IMG/VR virus record: IMGVR_UViG_3300032321_001270
Span: 128,001 to 192,000 of that record
Reading direction: 5' to 3' (one strand)
DNA: 64,000 nucleotides
Source: a virus
Lineage: Duplodnaviria > Caudoviricetes
Shown here: one piece after another, positions 54,582 to 64,000 of the stretch
Position numbering within the stretch: position 1 is the stretch's first letter
Layout of the letters: each line of letters opens with the position of its first letter
The notes under the pieces: model-generated
The model's input: only the letters and a program-made list of their open reading frames with translations
The model's database searches: none
What the model was told of the DNA's origin: nothing
Position numbers and translations under genes: made by a program

Positions 54582-55103
54582 CTATGCCAGTCCGGCAGCT
54601 CCGCCGGGATTGATGTCGCCCGTAAAACCGTCAGATCCGCCGGCGGCCCCGGCGTCGATATGTGACTGAACATTGTCTTTGAAAAACGAGAAGACGCTCT
54701 TTTTTGCCATACCGTGACCGTGCAGCCGGCCGTGCATAAACGACATACAGCGAGCATAGCTAGCGTGCCGTGTCCGCCACGCCCGTTCCTCGACGGCCAT
54801 AAAGTCTGCCTGCCACTTCATGGCAATCAAATCACCCGTTGTCCCGCCTTGCTTTTCTGGTCCTGCAAGAACGCTTTCCGAGTAGATTTGATTGATGTTG
54901 TTTCTGTCCCAGCTGGGAAAGCTCATACCGGGGACGTCCATCAACTCTTTTGTTTTAATTTCATCGGGGGTGTGCCACGGCCGCCAATCAGTCATATAGG
55001 TGTCGAACACCTCGGCCATTTTTTTAGCCCGCTCTTCGAGTTGGTTGATACGGGCTTCAAATTTCCCGTCGACCTGTCCTTTACTTGCGCCAATGCCAGC
55101 CAT
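54582..55103 (-). CDS. hypothetical protein in baseplate cluster
   Basis: ORF track; AAGGAG SD. Confidence 0.65.
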   Translation of the reverse strand: MAGIGASKGQVDGKFEARINQLEERAKKMAEVFDTYMTDWRPWHTPDEIKTKELMDVPGMSFPSWDRNNINQIYSESVLAGPEKQGGTTGDLIAMKWQADFMAVEERAWRTRHASYARCMSFMHGRLHGHGMAKKSVFSFFKDNVQSHIDAGAAGGSDGFTGDINPGGAAGLA

Positions 55104-55118
55104 AGTTACGTCTTCTCC

Positions 55119-55940
55119 TTAAAATCCACCTTGGGTGTACTGTTTATCGAGCAGGGACTGAATCTTGGCGGCACGTTGGCTGACGGCACCCGGCGTGATA
55201 TTTAATCGGCGCGCAATGTCTTGCGTGCTGGCTTTACGCCGGCCATTACGTCCTAACGTCATATCGGCAATCAACTTGTCGACCGGCCCAAGATCGTCAT
55301 AGACAAAGTTGAACCATGCATCCGCAGAGCGTGTGCTGTTTGGAATGTTACTAGCTACATCGCCGCCGTACGCTTCATCGTCGCCAACTTCGCGCGTCGT
55401 CATGCCCTCGGATACCGGCTGGTTGAATGCGCGAATTTTTTGTATCCGTTTTTTTGACAACCCGGTTTGGTCCGCGAGTTCGTCGTCTGTCGGGTCGCGC
55501 CCAAGTTGATCGCGCAGTTCGCCTTCACTTTCGTTGAGTCGCGAATAATCCAAACCGACTTGCTCTGGGATAGTTATGATATTTTGTGCCTGCGCTGACA
55601 GTCGCCGTAAGCTCTGCAGTTGAGACAGAAGATGCGTGCGCACATTCCCGCGCTTGGGGTCGTACGTGTCGAGCGCTTTTAAGGCCATCATTTTCGCGCG
55701 AGACCGAATGGTTGGGCTCGCGTTCTGTCCGGCATAGCTCATGACGGCTGTGTCTATAACGGGCTGCAGCGTCCCCAACAACGCCGTATTCGTTTCGGGC
55801 GTTTTGGTCGTCTGCCACGTTTGGTACGCCGTATCAAAAGCTGAGCTGACACCTGTCGGTTTTTTGTCAGAAAAAGGGGCAGGAATATCGCCCAAAATGG
55901 ACGGCATGCCAGTAGGTTTTTTTACAGTATCGTTTTGCAT
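55119..55940 (-). CDS. sigma-70 family RNA polymerase sigma factor
   Basis: Region 2 KALDTYDPKRG, region 3 LGRDPTDDELADQTGLSKKRI, region 4 HTH STQDIARRLNITPGAVSQR. Confidence 0.85.
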   Translation of the reverse strand: MQNDTVKKPTGMPSILGDIPAPFSDKKPTGVSSAFDTAYQTWQTTKTPETNTALLGTLQPVIDTAVMSYAGQNASPTIRSRAKMMALKALDTYDPKRGNVRTHLLSQLQSLRRLSAQAQNIITIPEQVGLDYSRLNESEGELRDQLGRDPTDDELADQTGLSKKRIQKIRAFNQPVSEGMTTREVGDDEAYGGDVASNIPNSTRSADAWFNFVYDDLGPVDKLIADMTLGRNGRRKASTQDIARRLNITPGAVSQRAAKIQSLLDKQYTQGGF

Positions 55941-57580
55941 TATTCTGGTTTCCGTAATGGACCACCCGGCCATTTCGTGCCCTCTACGTACAGCGGCGCG
56001 TACTCTTTCGACACAAGCGTCGTGTCTTTGTCTTCTTCCTCAGTGCGCAGATACGACAGCGCAAACGACGTGCCGGCAAGCGCACGTTCAGCGTTAATTG
56101 CATACGACACTTGCGTTACTGCGCCAATCATCGACCCGTCTGACTGAATTTCTGACGTCGGCATTTCAATTTTAACAATACTGCCCGGTGCGATGTCGAA
56201 ACGTAATTTGCCGGATAGTTCGCCGTACCGCTGGCTTAAAAACTCGGTCTTGTAGAAATGTTCAGCAAAACGCGAGCACACCTTGTCCGACATGGCGTCT
56301 GCGATATCTGGAGCAGGTAACCAGTCAGGTGGTGGATTTTCTTCGCCTGTTTGCGGCGCTAAACAGCAGCCGCCGCGTTTGCCGTTCACGCTGGTTGTGG
56401 CCGCACTAAAAATAGGCCACGGCGACATGTTTGTCAGCCATGTCGGTAAATCTTTAAACAGCTTCAACCCGTCACGCTCTGTGTCGCCTTTTGGCGGATA
56501 CTGGCCGGCTGGCTGCGTGTAGCTATCGGTAGTTCGAACTTGCCCGCCAACTTCAAGCATTGGGTCGAGTTGGCTTGGCCAGAACACTACAACACTGTCA
56601 ATAAGCTGACTTAGCGACGCGTTAAAATTTGCGTAACTGTATTCGTCGCCTTTGATCACGTACTTTTGATTTCCGTCGTGTTGAAGCCCGCCAAAAAACG
56701 GAATCACACACGCATGTTCAATACTTGGGGATACCGCAAAGAAAAATTGTGGTGCATACTCCCCAACAAGTTTTCCCCAAAACGATGTGTAAGCAAACGA
56801 CTCCAGCGCGTCTTTTGTTAGCGCTGTACGCACCGATTGCTCAATGTTGTGCCCGGGTAAATCGGTCACGTCAATGGCTAGTGGTGTTGTTTGTACGGAA
56901 GCTGCTTGCGCGCCCATGGGGTCGCCTTTGGGCATTCTTTCAAGCGCTTTTAACGCAGCATTATTTGGTTTTGCTTGCGGTAGATCCCACTCAGCGATCT
57001 TTTTAAAGATAGGTTTGATGACCTTGGCCCACAGGTCGCTGCCGATGTTTGCTTTGGTAACAAGTTCTTCGTCAGAGTCGATCACTGGCACACTAGAGTG
57101 CGTAGTGCCCTCTGTCGTCTGCAGCGCCACGAAAGCCGCGTTGGTCGCCATCAGGAACGGCGCGTTTTGAAACCACTTGCCGTTGAGCGCCGACGAGTTA
57201 TTTAAGTTGTCGAGCCAGTGAATCAGCTGCACGACGTAGTTTGCGCTGTTGTGCGACCGTTGATATCCGACACCAGCCACCATACCTTCAAATATCAAAA
57301 ACCGGCCCGACTCCATTTTTGATGTTTTACCGGCTTCCGGTGTAATTGTGAGCCAGACTTTGGCTTCGTCGCGCGGCTTGATCTGTTTTCGCAGCGTATG
57401 AATCGTCGCTTCTTTTTGACGTCCTGTGCGCGCGTCGTGACCTACCGCCATAGTGAGTGACGCGGTCGGAATACTATTCAAACCGAAAGTAGCTGAAATC
57501 GCCACGATATCGTCGAACTTACGTCCGGCAATTTCGGCGTCTATTTTGAACTTTGAGTATACGTACGGAATTTCAGCCAT
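55940..57580 (-). CDS. baseplate hub protein (gp27/GpD-like)
   Basis: LNSIPTASL N-terminus, IFEG.V.G, RFDIAPGS.VKI C-terminus; position. Confidence 0.65.
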   Translation of the reverse strand: MAEIPYVYSKFKIDAEIAGRKFDDIVAISATFGLNSIPTASLTMAVGHDARTGRQKEATIHTLRKQIKPRDEAKVWLTITPEAGKTSKMESGRFLIFEGMVAGVGYQRSHNSANYVVQLIHWLDNLNNSSALNGKWFQNAPFLMATNAAFVALQTTEGTTHSSVPVIDSDEELVTKANIGSDLWAKVIKPIFKKIAEWDLPQAKPNNAALKALERMPKGDPMGAQAASVQTTPLAIDVTDLPGHNIEQSVRTALTKDALESFAYTSFWGKLVGEYAPQFFFAVSPSIEHACVIPFFGGLQHDGNQKYVIKGDEYSYANFNASLSQLIDSVVVFWPSQLDPMLEVGGQVRTTDSYTQPAGQYPPKGDTERDGLKLFKDLPTWLTNMSPWPIFSAATTSVNGKRGGCCLAPQTGEENPPPDWLPAPDIADAMSDKVCSRFAEHFYKTEFLSQRYGELSGKLRFDIAPGSIVKIEMPTSEIQSDGSMIGAVTQVSYAINAERALAGTSFALSYLRTEEEDKDTTLVSKEYAPLYVEGTKWPGGPLRKPE

Positions 57581-58466
57581 ATGTATGCGTTCTAACGCTT
57601 TCTATTCTGTAAATAAAAGCTGTGACTAAACCGGCCAGTCGGTAGGCCGGCAATGGGTGATCAAACCACATGTTTTTAAACGTAGCGTACGGTTCTTCGT
57701 CTGTCACCCCAAATAGCTCAAGAAACAGCGGTTCGCCGAGCAATTCTAGTGCTGGCAAAAGTGTTGTAATTGCCGGAGCTGGATTTGAGTCTAAAACTAC
57801 GTACCACCGACCCGTAAGTGTTAGCGGGTCGGTAGACAAGCGTTCCATACGTAATCGCACCTGTGTTTCAGGTAAGGTGATCGGGGGTAATTCGACGGCA
57901 AACTCCGCGGTAGTATCTGATTCAGGTGTGGAAACCGTTTGCGCTGTTAAAAATAATTCTGTGTCTGGTTCTAGTTCTTCTGTCACCACGCCGTTGCCCT
58001 CTTCAAGCGTCAAGTTGGCCAGCTGCTCGGCGGCTAGCGCATCTGGATTGGCGGGGTACAGACCAACTGTGTACAAACGTGTGGCGCGACCGATATTGTT
58101 ATTGGCCACAAAATCGCCGCCTACAGCCACAGACCTTTTTGCGCCGTCAACTTGCGTTATGCGTATCGCTGGCTGATATTTAAAAACAGTTTCTGATATC
58201 TCCGGCCAGTATGTTATGCGTGAATCAAGTTTGTATAGGTAGTCGGCCAGCGGCGTCTGATGTATGTAACTCAGAAGTTCGCGGCTGCGCAAATTTAAAA
58301 AGCGCTGGTCGGGATTGCTGCCAAATAGAATTTTACGGACGGTTTTTAGTGCAGTTGGAAGCACAAGGGGTCTGTATGAGTTGGAAATGTACTCATAGCC
58401 TGCTTGCTGTTTCTGCGCGCTTTGCGCCCAGATATTCAATAGTAGTGTGCGGCCGTGATTGATCAT
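57573..58466 (-). CDS. putative virion protein
   Basis: ORF track; tail module position. Confidence 0.6.
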   Translation of the reverse strand: MINHGRTLLLNIWAQSAQKQQAGYEYISNSYRPLVLPTALKTVRKILFGSNPDQRFLNLRSRELLSYIHQTPLADYLYKLDSRITYWPEISETVFKYQPAIRITQVDGAKRSVAVGGDFVANNNIGRATRLYTVGLYPANPDALAAEQLANLTLEEGNGVVTEELEPDTELFLTAQTVSTPESDTTAEFAVELPPITLPETQVRLRMERLSTDPLTLTGRWYVVLDSNPAPAITTLLPALELLGEPLFLELFGVTDEEPYATFKNMWFDHPLPAYRLAGLVTAFIYRIESVRTHTYG

Positions 58467-58468
58467 GA

Positions 58469-58927
58469 TTATTTCTTTGGCAGGATGTTAAAGCGCAACG
58501 ACCACTGCCCAACGAGTGTTTGCGGATCTTGAAGTTCGAGGCGCATACCTGTGAGAAACGCCCAAAAATTTGCATCTGGACAATCGCCAATCTGTACTGA
58601 CAAGTCGCCTTTTTCTTTAATGCGGTTGTCCTGATAGAACTTAAAAACATTGCACAGTTTTGCGTCTTCAGCGCCGGCGCATGTTTTTGTAAAACCAAAA
58701 CCAGACACTGTCAGCTCACCGATGCGATCGCCAAAAGCGTACACGTAAATAAAATCATTTACTGTGTGTAGAAACTGATAATTACCGTTTAACTCCATGG
58801 CAAATCCGGCCATTGGCGCAGTTAGTTTTCCTTTTGCGCCGTTGAATTTGATAGAGAATACAGATTCTTCGCTGCATCCTTTAATTTTTGCAACCGCACC
58901 CACGCACGGACTAAACACTGTTGGCAT
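58469..58927 (-). CDS. tail tube-fold / baseplate adaptor protein
   Basis: YVYAFGDRIGELTVSG motif; directly after the tape measure gene. Confidence 0.6.
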   Translation of the reverse strand: MPTVFSPCVGAVAKIKGCSEESVFSIKFNGAKGKLTAPMAGFAMELNGNYQFLHTVNDFIYVYAFGDRIGELTVSGFGFTKTCAGAEDAKLCNVFKFYQDNRIKEKGDLSVQIGDCPDANFWAFLTGMRLELQDPQTLVGQWSLRFNILPKK

Positions 58928-58930
58928 ATA

Positions 58931-61900
58931 TCACCTACCTTGCCGTGAGCCAGTAGCATTTGCCATGTCGACGGGTGGCCCACCGTCGGGCGTGTCTTCC
59001 ATACGCCGGCCGGAAGCTGCAAGCACAGCTTCAGACAGACCCTGCAGCACAAGTGTGCCGTTGATATTCATGTCGCCTCCGCCGGCCCCACCCATCCCAG
59101 CTGCTCGACGTTCTTGTTGAGCAACTTGATCTTTGAGGAAGTTGTAACGTACTTGATCCTTCTCGTCGGCGAAGTACTCCTGACCGTTCCAGCCGCGTTT
59201 CTTTTTACCTTCAAGGTCGTGAAGACGCTGCGTCGCTGCCTGCAGCGGATCTTCAGACCCAGCATTCAGCATCGCCTGTTCAGCCAACAACTTGATGTGC
59301 GGTTTCTGAACGACTTGCGAAACGCTACCGTCGGGGTTTGTGACGTTAACGCGTTTCGCGCCGTTCTTTTTGAAATCTGCTTTTTCTTGTGCCGTGCCGT
59401 AACGTTCGACGTCGAGAGCGGCCTGCTCTTCTGTGTAGTTTGGATTGTGCGGTATAAACACACGTTCAGATGCGTCCTGCGTGCCGCCAAACATAGTCCA
59501 CGTCGCTTCGCCGCGCACCTCGCGCATTGAGATATCTAAACCGGGCAGTTTGCCCTTGGCGCCAAACGGATCGTATGTTGTGATTTGATCGCCGGTTCGC
59601 GGCGCAGAAATGCTTTGCCGGCGAGACTGCAGCTCTTCCCACTGTTTTTGGTCTTCCGGGTTATCAAATTTTGTTTCTGTTCTTCCCCTGCCGCCAGCTG
59701 ACCAATACGTTTTGCCGCGTTTCTGCAACGCTGCCATTTCGGCGTCGACCTCTTTCAGCGCGTCAGCTTTGCTCGTTACGTGTGTTGTGGCTTGGCCGAC
59801 GCCGCCGGCAGAAACTGGTCCGCCCGTCGCTGGGCCGTGGCCGCGGCGATTGAGCTGTTGCACTTGCTCCGGCGTCAGATTCTGCGACGACACGCCCTGT
59901 TGCGCGGCGTTGCTTTCGTTGATCGCGTCTTTAATGCGTCCCACGTTTGCGCGTTCAGACTCGTCAAGACGCCACGAGTACAAGCCGTTTTGTGCGCTCT
60001 CTAGCGCCGCCATACCTTCACGCTGCGCTTCCGGCGTGAACTTTTTAAACAACGATACGGCGTCGGCGTTCGGTAGCGTTAGCAATAGCTGCCGTTTTGT
60101 TTTGTCCATCATCGCGGCTTTCATGCCCGCGCCAGACGGATCGGATCCGACCTCGTCTAATAGTTTTTGCTGTTCAGTCGTAACCTTATCGGTGGCTTCG
60201 GCCACACCCATGCCGCGCTCGCGCTTTGCGTTGTTAGCGCCAGTTAGAATATTGTTTAACCGCTCTGTCACTTTTTCTGGGTCAGAACCCATGACGGCGA
60301 CTAATTCTTTACGCGCCTGCGCCTGAGCCTCTTCGGGGTCCATACCCTGTAGTACAAATTGCTGCGCGAGCTGGGCTGTTATTTTTTTGCCCATAATCTC
60401 GGCGCGCTTTTCGGCTGTTTCTCCGGCGGTCCCGCCCATCTGGTTCACCGCGACTTCAGCTGCGGCGACGCTGATCATGCGCATGCGCTTTTTACGTTGC
60501 GTCTCAAACTGCGCGTCCGACATACCCTTTGGACGCAACTTCTCATATTCAGCGCGGTCGTAGCCTTGTTCCATCTTGTCATAGACGGCTTTGCCGACAT
60601 CGCCAACGACGGCATTAGCTTTCGCGGTTGGCCGCTTTTGCGCCTTGGCTACATCTTCCGGTGTTTGTTCAAGGCCGGCGCCAGCTAAACCACCAATGTC
60701 TTGCGCAACCCGCAACGATTGCGCGATGGCGCGCGCCTGCGCTTGCTTCTCGTCGCTAAGTCCGCCGCCAAACAACCCGCGCTTCATTTGATCTTCAAAC
60801 GACTTGGAGTCTGAGCTGAGCGCCGCGGTGGCAAACTTTTCAATCTGCTCTTTAGACGCCCCCGGCCCGAACATTTGCTCTGCCATGGCGCGAGCCGCAG
60901 CGTTTACGTCTTCTTTGTTACCGGTATTGAACCCCTTCATGATCAATTCGGCTTGTTTGCGCTGCTGCTCGCTTTGTTTCTTTTCAGCGTCAGTTGTGCC
61001 CTTGGCCGTATCGGCAGACTTCATGATGGCGCGATTTTTAATCTCGTCGATTTTGGCCGGGTCGAGCGGTTCTTTTGCATCAACCCCCGCAAGTTTTTTC
61101 AACTGCGTCGCCTCGGCGCCGGCAGGGTTTTTTTGCGCAGCTTCTGCCAGCTTTTCAATCTGGCTCGGCGTGATCGTCGCCTGCGTGTACATTTTGGCTG
61201 CTGCGACCAAACCTTCTTGCATATCTGGGGCGTAACTCTGCAGCAAGTCGTCTTCCGACGTAACATTAAAAATAGCTTTCAACGCGTCGGACCGCGTCCC
61301 GGCGTTATCGTCGGCGAGTTTTTCAAGCTCCTCGCCAACGCGCTGCATAGTTGTTGATTCTTTACCCTTGGCCGACGCCGCAAATCGTTTTGCTCGGCGC
61401 TGATTGACTACCATCTTTGTGTCGGCTTCAGACAGCGCGTCTTTGTCGTACTGTTGTTTCAACGCCTCTATGCTGACGCCAGTACGCTGCTGGGCGATCG
61501 CACTTGTTTCAGAATATGTTGCAAGCAAGTTGTCGCGGCGTTTTTCAGCCGTGTCGCCGTAAATAGCCTCAAAGTACTGATTAGCGGCCTTCTCCGCCGC
61601 GCCCTGTTTCATGTTGCCGCCAGCGCTGCTCTTGAAGTATTTAACTAACTCTTCTCGTCCGCGCTTCTCTAACGTTGCAACGCGTTCCTCAGAAGACATG
61701 TCGGCCGTCTCGTCGATCATTATGCCAGTCATCGCATACGACAACCCGCCGGCCAACGCCGTGTTTTTTGATCTAAAGTCTGCGTCTGACATACCCGCGG
61801 GTTTGAGCTTTTTAAACTCTGCGCTGCCCATGCGATCTTGAATAACACCCTCGTGCGCGCGCGACAAATTCCTCTGCAACTCAAAACGTTGCGCCTTATA

Positions 61901-63613
61901 GGCGTACCCGGCATTGAGATATTCTTCTGTACCAATCTGGTCATTTTGATAAGCGCGGAAAAGTCTGTCGTCCGCACCACCCTCGCGGGCCATGTTATAG
62001 ATGGCCTTCATGCCGCCACGACCTGCCTGCTCAGACAGGTTGTAAGATTTTCCCTTATACTCGTATGTGTCGGAACCGGTGCGATACGCCTGCATCGCCG
62101 CTTCAAGTTGTGTGCCTTTGTATTTGTCTGGGTTTTCAGACACCATGCGATTCAATACTGCCATGCCGCGGCCAACCGCGGAAGCGTCGGCACGGGTAGA
62201 CAAAGCGGCAGATCTCGATTCGGCTTCTGCGCGATTCAGCTTCCCGAAACCCGGCTTTTCAAACACACCCGCGTCGGCCATCGCTTGCCCGCGCATCAGA
62301 TCGCTAGTCATGCCTTTTTCGGCTGTTACTTCTGATAATCCAAGTTGCCGCGCCTGTGCTTTTTTCTCGTACATCAAGGCGTTTAGATTTTTCAGATCTG
62401 TATTTGAATCGCGCGCGGCCATACGCATCTCACGCACGAGCGATTCAACCTTACCGGCACCCATGCTGCTTTGCGCCCCGTTTGTCAGGTGCTGCAAATT
62501 TGCAATGAGTTCTTGAATCGGCGCGTTGGGGTTGCCGTTGTCGCCGAATATTTCACGAATAGCCGACACTGCGCCGTTGTATTCTTTGACAGCTTTTGAA
62601 ACGTTCTTAGCGTCGAGCGCGTTAGCGGCGAGACCGAACCCTTCCATCTGTTCGATTTCTTCGGCCGACTTTGCCCGTTTGTCGCCGGCTTTGTACTTGT
62701 CGATTTCCGAGAACGTATCGCCGAGGCGTTTTTTAAACTCGGGAAGTTTGTCCGCGAGCATAATTTTGCGTTCTTCGTCTGACGCGTTGGCGTAGTCGTA
62801 GTCGCGTTCCATTAGTTCTGAGTGGCCGAACTGCTGCGCAAGACTCGTCATGGTCTTGTCATCGCGCTTACCGCGGCCGATCGCTTTTACCCGGTCTGCC
62901 GGCTTGAGCGCGCCGATACTCTGCGGAAGCCGGCCTTGCTGAAACAACACGTCCATCATCTCGCCGCTGGCCACTGCACCAAACCCATGCATCTCGTCTA
63001 GATTGGCATCGGGTCCGTACAAGTTTTGATACATATTCTGCGAGAACTGCTGCAGCGATTCAGATGACATCCTGCGGCCGCCAGTTGCGGCGTCTGGCCT
63101 AAAAAAACCAACCCGCGAGGCGGCAGACGCAAGCGCGGTCGGATCGCCGCGCCGACCAAACATAATCCCCTCTAAATTTTCAGCACCAATCTGCGCGGCA
63201 GCAAACTGTTTAAATATCGGGTTATTCAGTACCGCAGCGCCGACATTGGCATGCTCTCGGTCGAGCCGCGTTAATTCTTGTCCGCCGTTAACAACCCGCT
63301 GAAACCCAAGCAATTTTTTAGCGACTTGCTCGTTGCCGGCCATATTAGCTGCTTGCACGGCGGCGGCACCGTGGCGCTGGTAGCGGGCTGCTGTATACTG
63401 GTCCAGCCGCGCTTGTCCGGGCGCCTGATGCGCCAAAAAGGCGTCCTCGCCGAACAGCCCCTGTACGATCCCGGGGCCGTATAAATTAGCCATATACCCG
63501 AACGCGTCGTCAACGTGGGCGGCGTTCTGAAACGGCGAATAAACAGGCGGTGCGTACGGATTATTGGTGTCGTTTTGTACGTACCCGGCGGCGCCGTACT
63601 GGCTTGCTTTCAT
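58931..63613 (-). CDS. tape measure-like protein
   Basis: 1560-aa Ala/Gln/Lys/Glu-rich helical protein upstream of tube-like and hub genes. Confidence 0.75.
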   Translation of the reverse strand: MKASQYGAAGYVQNDTNNPYAPPVYSPFQNAAHVDDAFGYMANLYGPGIVQGLFGEDAFLAHQAPGQARLDQYTAARYQRHGAAAVQAANMAGNEQVAKKLLGFQRVVNGGQELTRLDREHANVGAAVLNNPIFKQFAAAQIGAENLEGIMFGRRGDPTALASAASRVGFFRPDAATGGRRMSSESLQQFSQNMYQNLYGPDANLDEMHGFGAVASGEMMDVLFQQGRLPQSIGALKPADRVKAIGRGKRDDKTMTSLAQQFGHSELMERDYDYANASDEERKIMLADKLPEFKKRLGDTFSEIDKYKAGDKRAKSAEEIEQMEGFGLAANALDAKNVSKAVKEYNGAVSAIREIFGDNGNPNAPIQELIANLQHLTNGAQSSMGAGKVESLVREMRMAARDSNTDLKNLNALMYEKKAQARQLGLSEVTAEKGMTSDLMRGQAMADAGVFEKPGFGKLNRAEAESRSAALSTRADASAVGRGMAVLNRMVSENPDKYKGTQLEAAMQAYRTGSDTYEYKGKSYNLSEQAGRGGMKAIYNMAREGGADDRLFRAYQNDQIGTEEYLNAGYAYKAQRFELQRNLSRAHEGVIQDRMGSAEFKKLKPAGMSDADFRSKNTALAGGLSYAMTGIMIDETADMSSEERVATLEKRGREELVKYFKSSAGGNMKQGAAEKAANQYFEAIYGDTAEKRRDNLLATYSETSAIAQQRTGVSIEALKQQYDKDALSEADTKMVVNQRRAKRFAASAKGKESTTMQRVGEELEKLADDNAGTRSDALKAIFNVTSEDDLLQSYAPDMQEGLVAAAKMYTQATITPSQIEKLAEAAQKNPAGAEATQLKKLAGVDAKEPLDPAKIDEIKNRAIMKSADTAKGTTDAEKKQSEQQRKQAELIMKGFNTGNKEDVNAAARAMAEQMFGPGASKEQIEKFATAALSSDSKSFEDQMKRGLFGGGLSDEKQAQARAIAQSLRVAQDIGGLAGAGLEQTPEDVAKAQKRPTAKANAVVGDVGKAVYDKMEQGYDRAEYEKLRPKGMSDAQFETQRKKRMRMISVAAAEVAVNQMGGTAGETAEKRAEIMGKKITAQLAQQFVLQGMDPEEAQAQARKELVAVMGSDPEKVTERLNNILTGANNAKRERGMGVAEATDKVTTEQQKLLDEVGSDPSGAGMKAAMMDKTKRQLLLTLPNADAVSLFKKFTPEAQREGMAALESAQNGLYSWRLDESERANVGRIKDAINESNAAQQGVSSQNLTPEQVQQLNRRGHGPATGGPVSAGGVGQATTHVTSKADALKEVDAEMAALQKRGKTYWSAGGRGRTETKFDNPEDQKQWEELQSRRQSISAPRTGDQITTYDPFGAKGKLPGLDISMREVRGEATWTMFGGTQDASERVFIPHNPNYTEEQAALDVERYGTAQEKADFKKNGAKRVNVTNPDGSVSQVVQKPHIKLLAEQAMLNAGSEDPLQAATQRLHDLEGKKKRGWNGQEYFADEKDQVRYNFLKDQVAQQERRAAGMGGAGGGDMNINGTLVLQGLSEAVLAASGRRMEDTPDGGPPVDMANATGSRQGR

Positions 63614-63622
63614 ATGCCACCG

Positions 63623-63991
63623 TTAATTGCCGTGAAGTTCTTTGTAGCGTTTAATCAATTCCTGCGCCGAACTATCCAGTATTGTATCTTCTTGCACCGC
63701 CTGATTTGCAGCCGCGGTGTCGGTTTTATCGGCCACTAGCCACGGATACACCAATTTTTGAATAAGCTGTAACAGGTCGTTTGCGTGTTTTTTGGCGTCT
63801 TTAAAGCTATCTTCCGTCAGGTTGCCGTGAGATAACAGCGCCAGCCAATGCTTGTGCGCGACCGTCAGCAGTTCATAATCTTCCCGACGCTCCATTTCTT
63901 GCAGTAACAGTAAGTGCTTAATTCGCCATTTTCTGTCTTGGGGATCGGCACTGGTGTAATCAATTGCACCGGTGACGGCGGCTCGCACCAT
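63623..63991 (-). CDS. putative tail assembly chaperone
   Basis: Small helical ORF immediately upstream of the tape measure gene. Confidence 0.5.
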   Translation of the reverse strand: MVRAAVTGAIDYTSADPQDRKWRIKHLLLLQEMERREDYELLTVAHKHWLALLSHGNLTEDSFKDAKKHANDLLQLIQKLVYPWLVADKTDTAAANQAVQEDTILDSSAQELIKRYKELHGN

Positions 63992-64000
63992 TAAGGCCGC

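Noticed and set aside
1-64000. Stop-codon reassignment, introns/inteins, or eukaryotic virus origin
   Set aside because: Long ORFs are intact under the standard code and no intein or intron motifs were noticed; SD motifs, sigma-70, CsrA and baseplate genes indicate a bacteriophage.

Overview
This is 64 kb of a large, tightly packed, contractile-tailed dsDNA phage genome. It uses the standard code with Shine-Dalgarno motifs, and most neighbouring genes overlap by ATGA/TAATG-type junctions. Nearly all genes are on the minus strand. The left ~35 kb holds small accessory and non-structural genes: MazG-like and DUF5664-type nucleotide hydrolases, SEC-C, ParB-like, DUF6745/6915/6878, a Ycf46-type AAA + DUF2997 + DUF1257 module, GNAT, a DenV-like glycosylase, tRNA-Thr(UGU), a degenerate primase-helicase, CsrA and a lone gpA-type terminase. 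The right ~29 kb is the tail module: collagen/Cys-rich fibres, five tandem paralogous fibre/baseplate genes, baseplate J, gp25-like, hub, tube-like and tape-measure proteins, with a sigma-70-like gene embedded in it. Several proteins look Planctomycetota-like, so a planctomycete host is inferred. The two most striking unexplained signals are (1) a phage CsrA together with textbook C-ANGGAN-G hexaloop hairpins in intergenic leaders, one of which is mutually exclusive with a terminator-like stem, and (2) all three plus-strand genes starting on a CATG shared with the ATG of a divergent minus-strand ORF. Family names come from motif recognition by eye, not database searches, and many start codons were refined manually.
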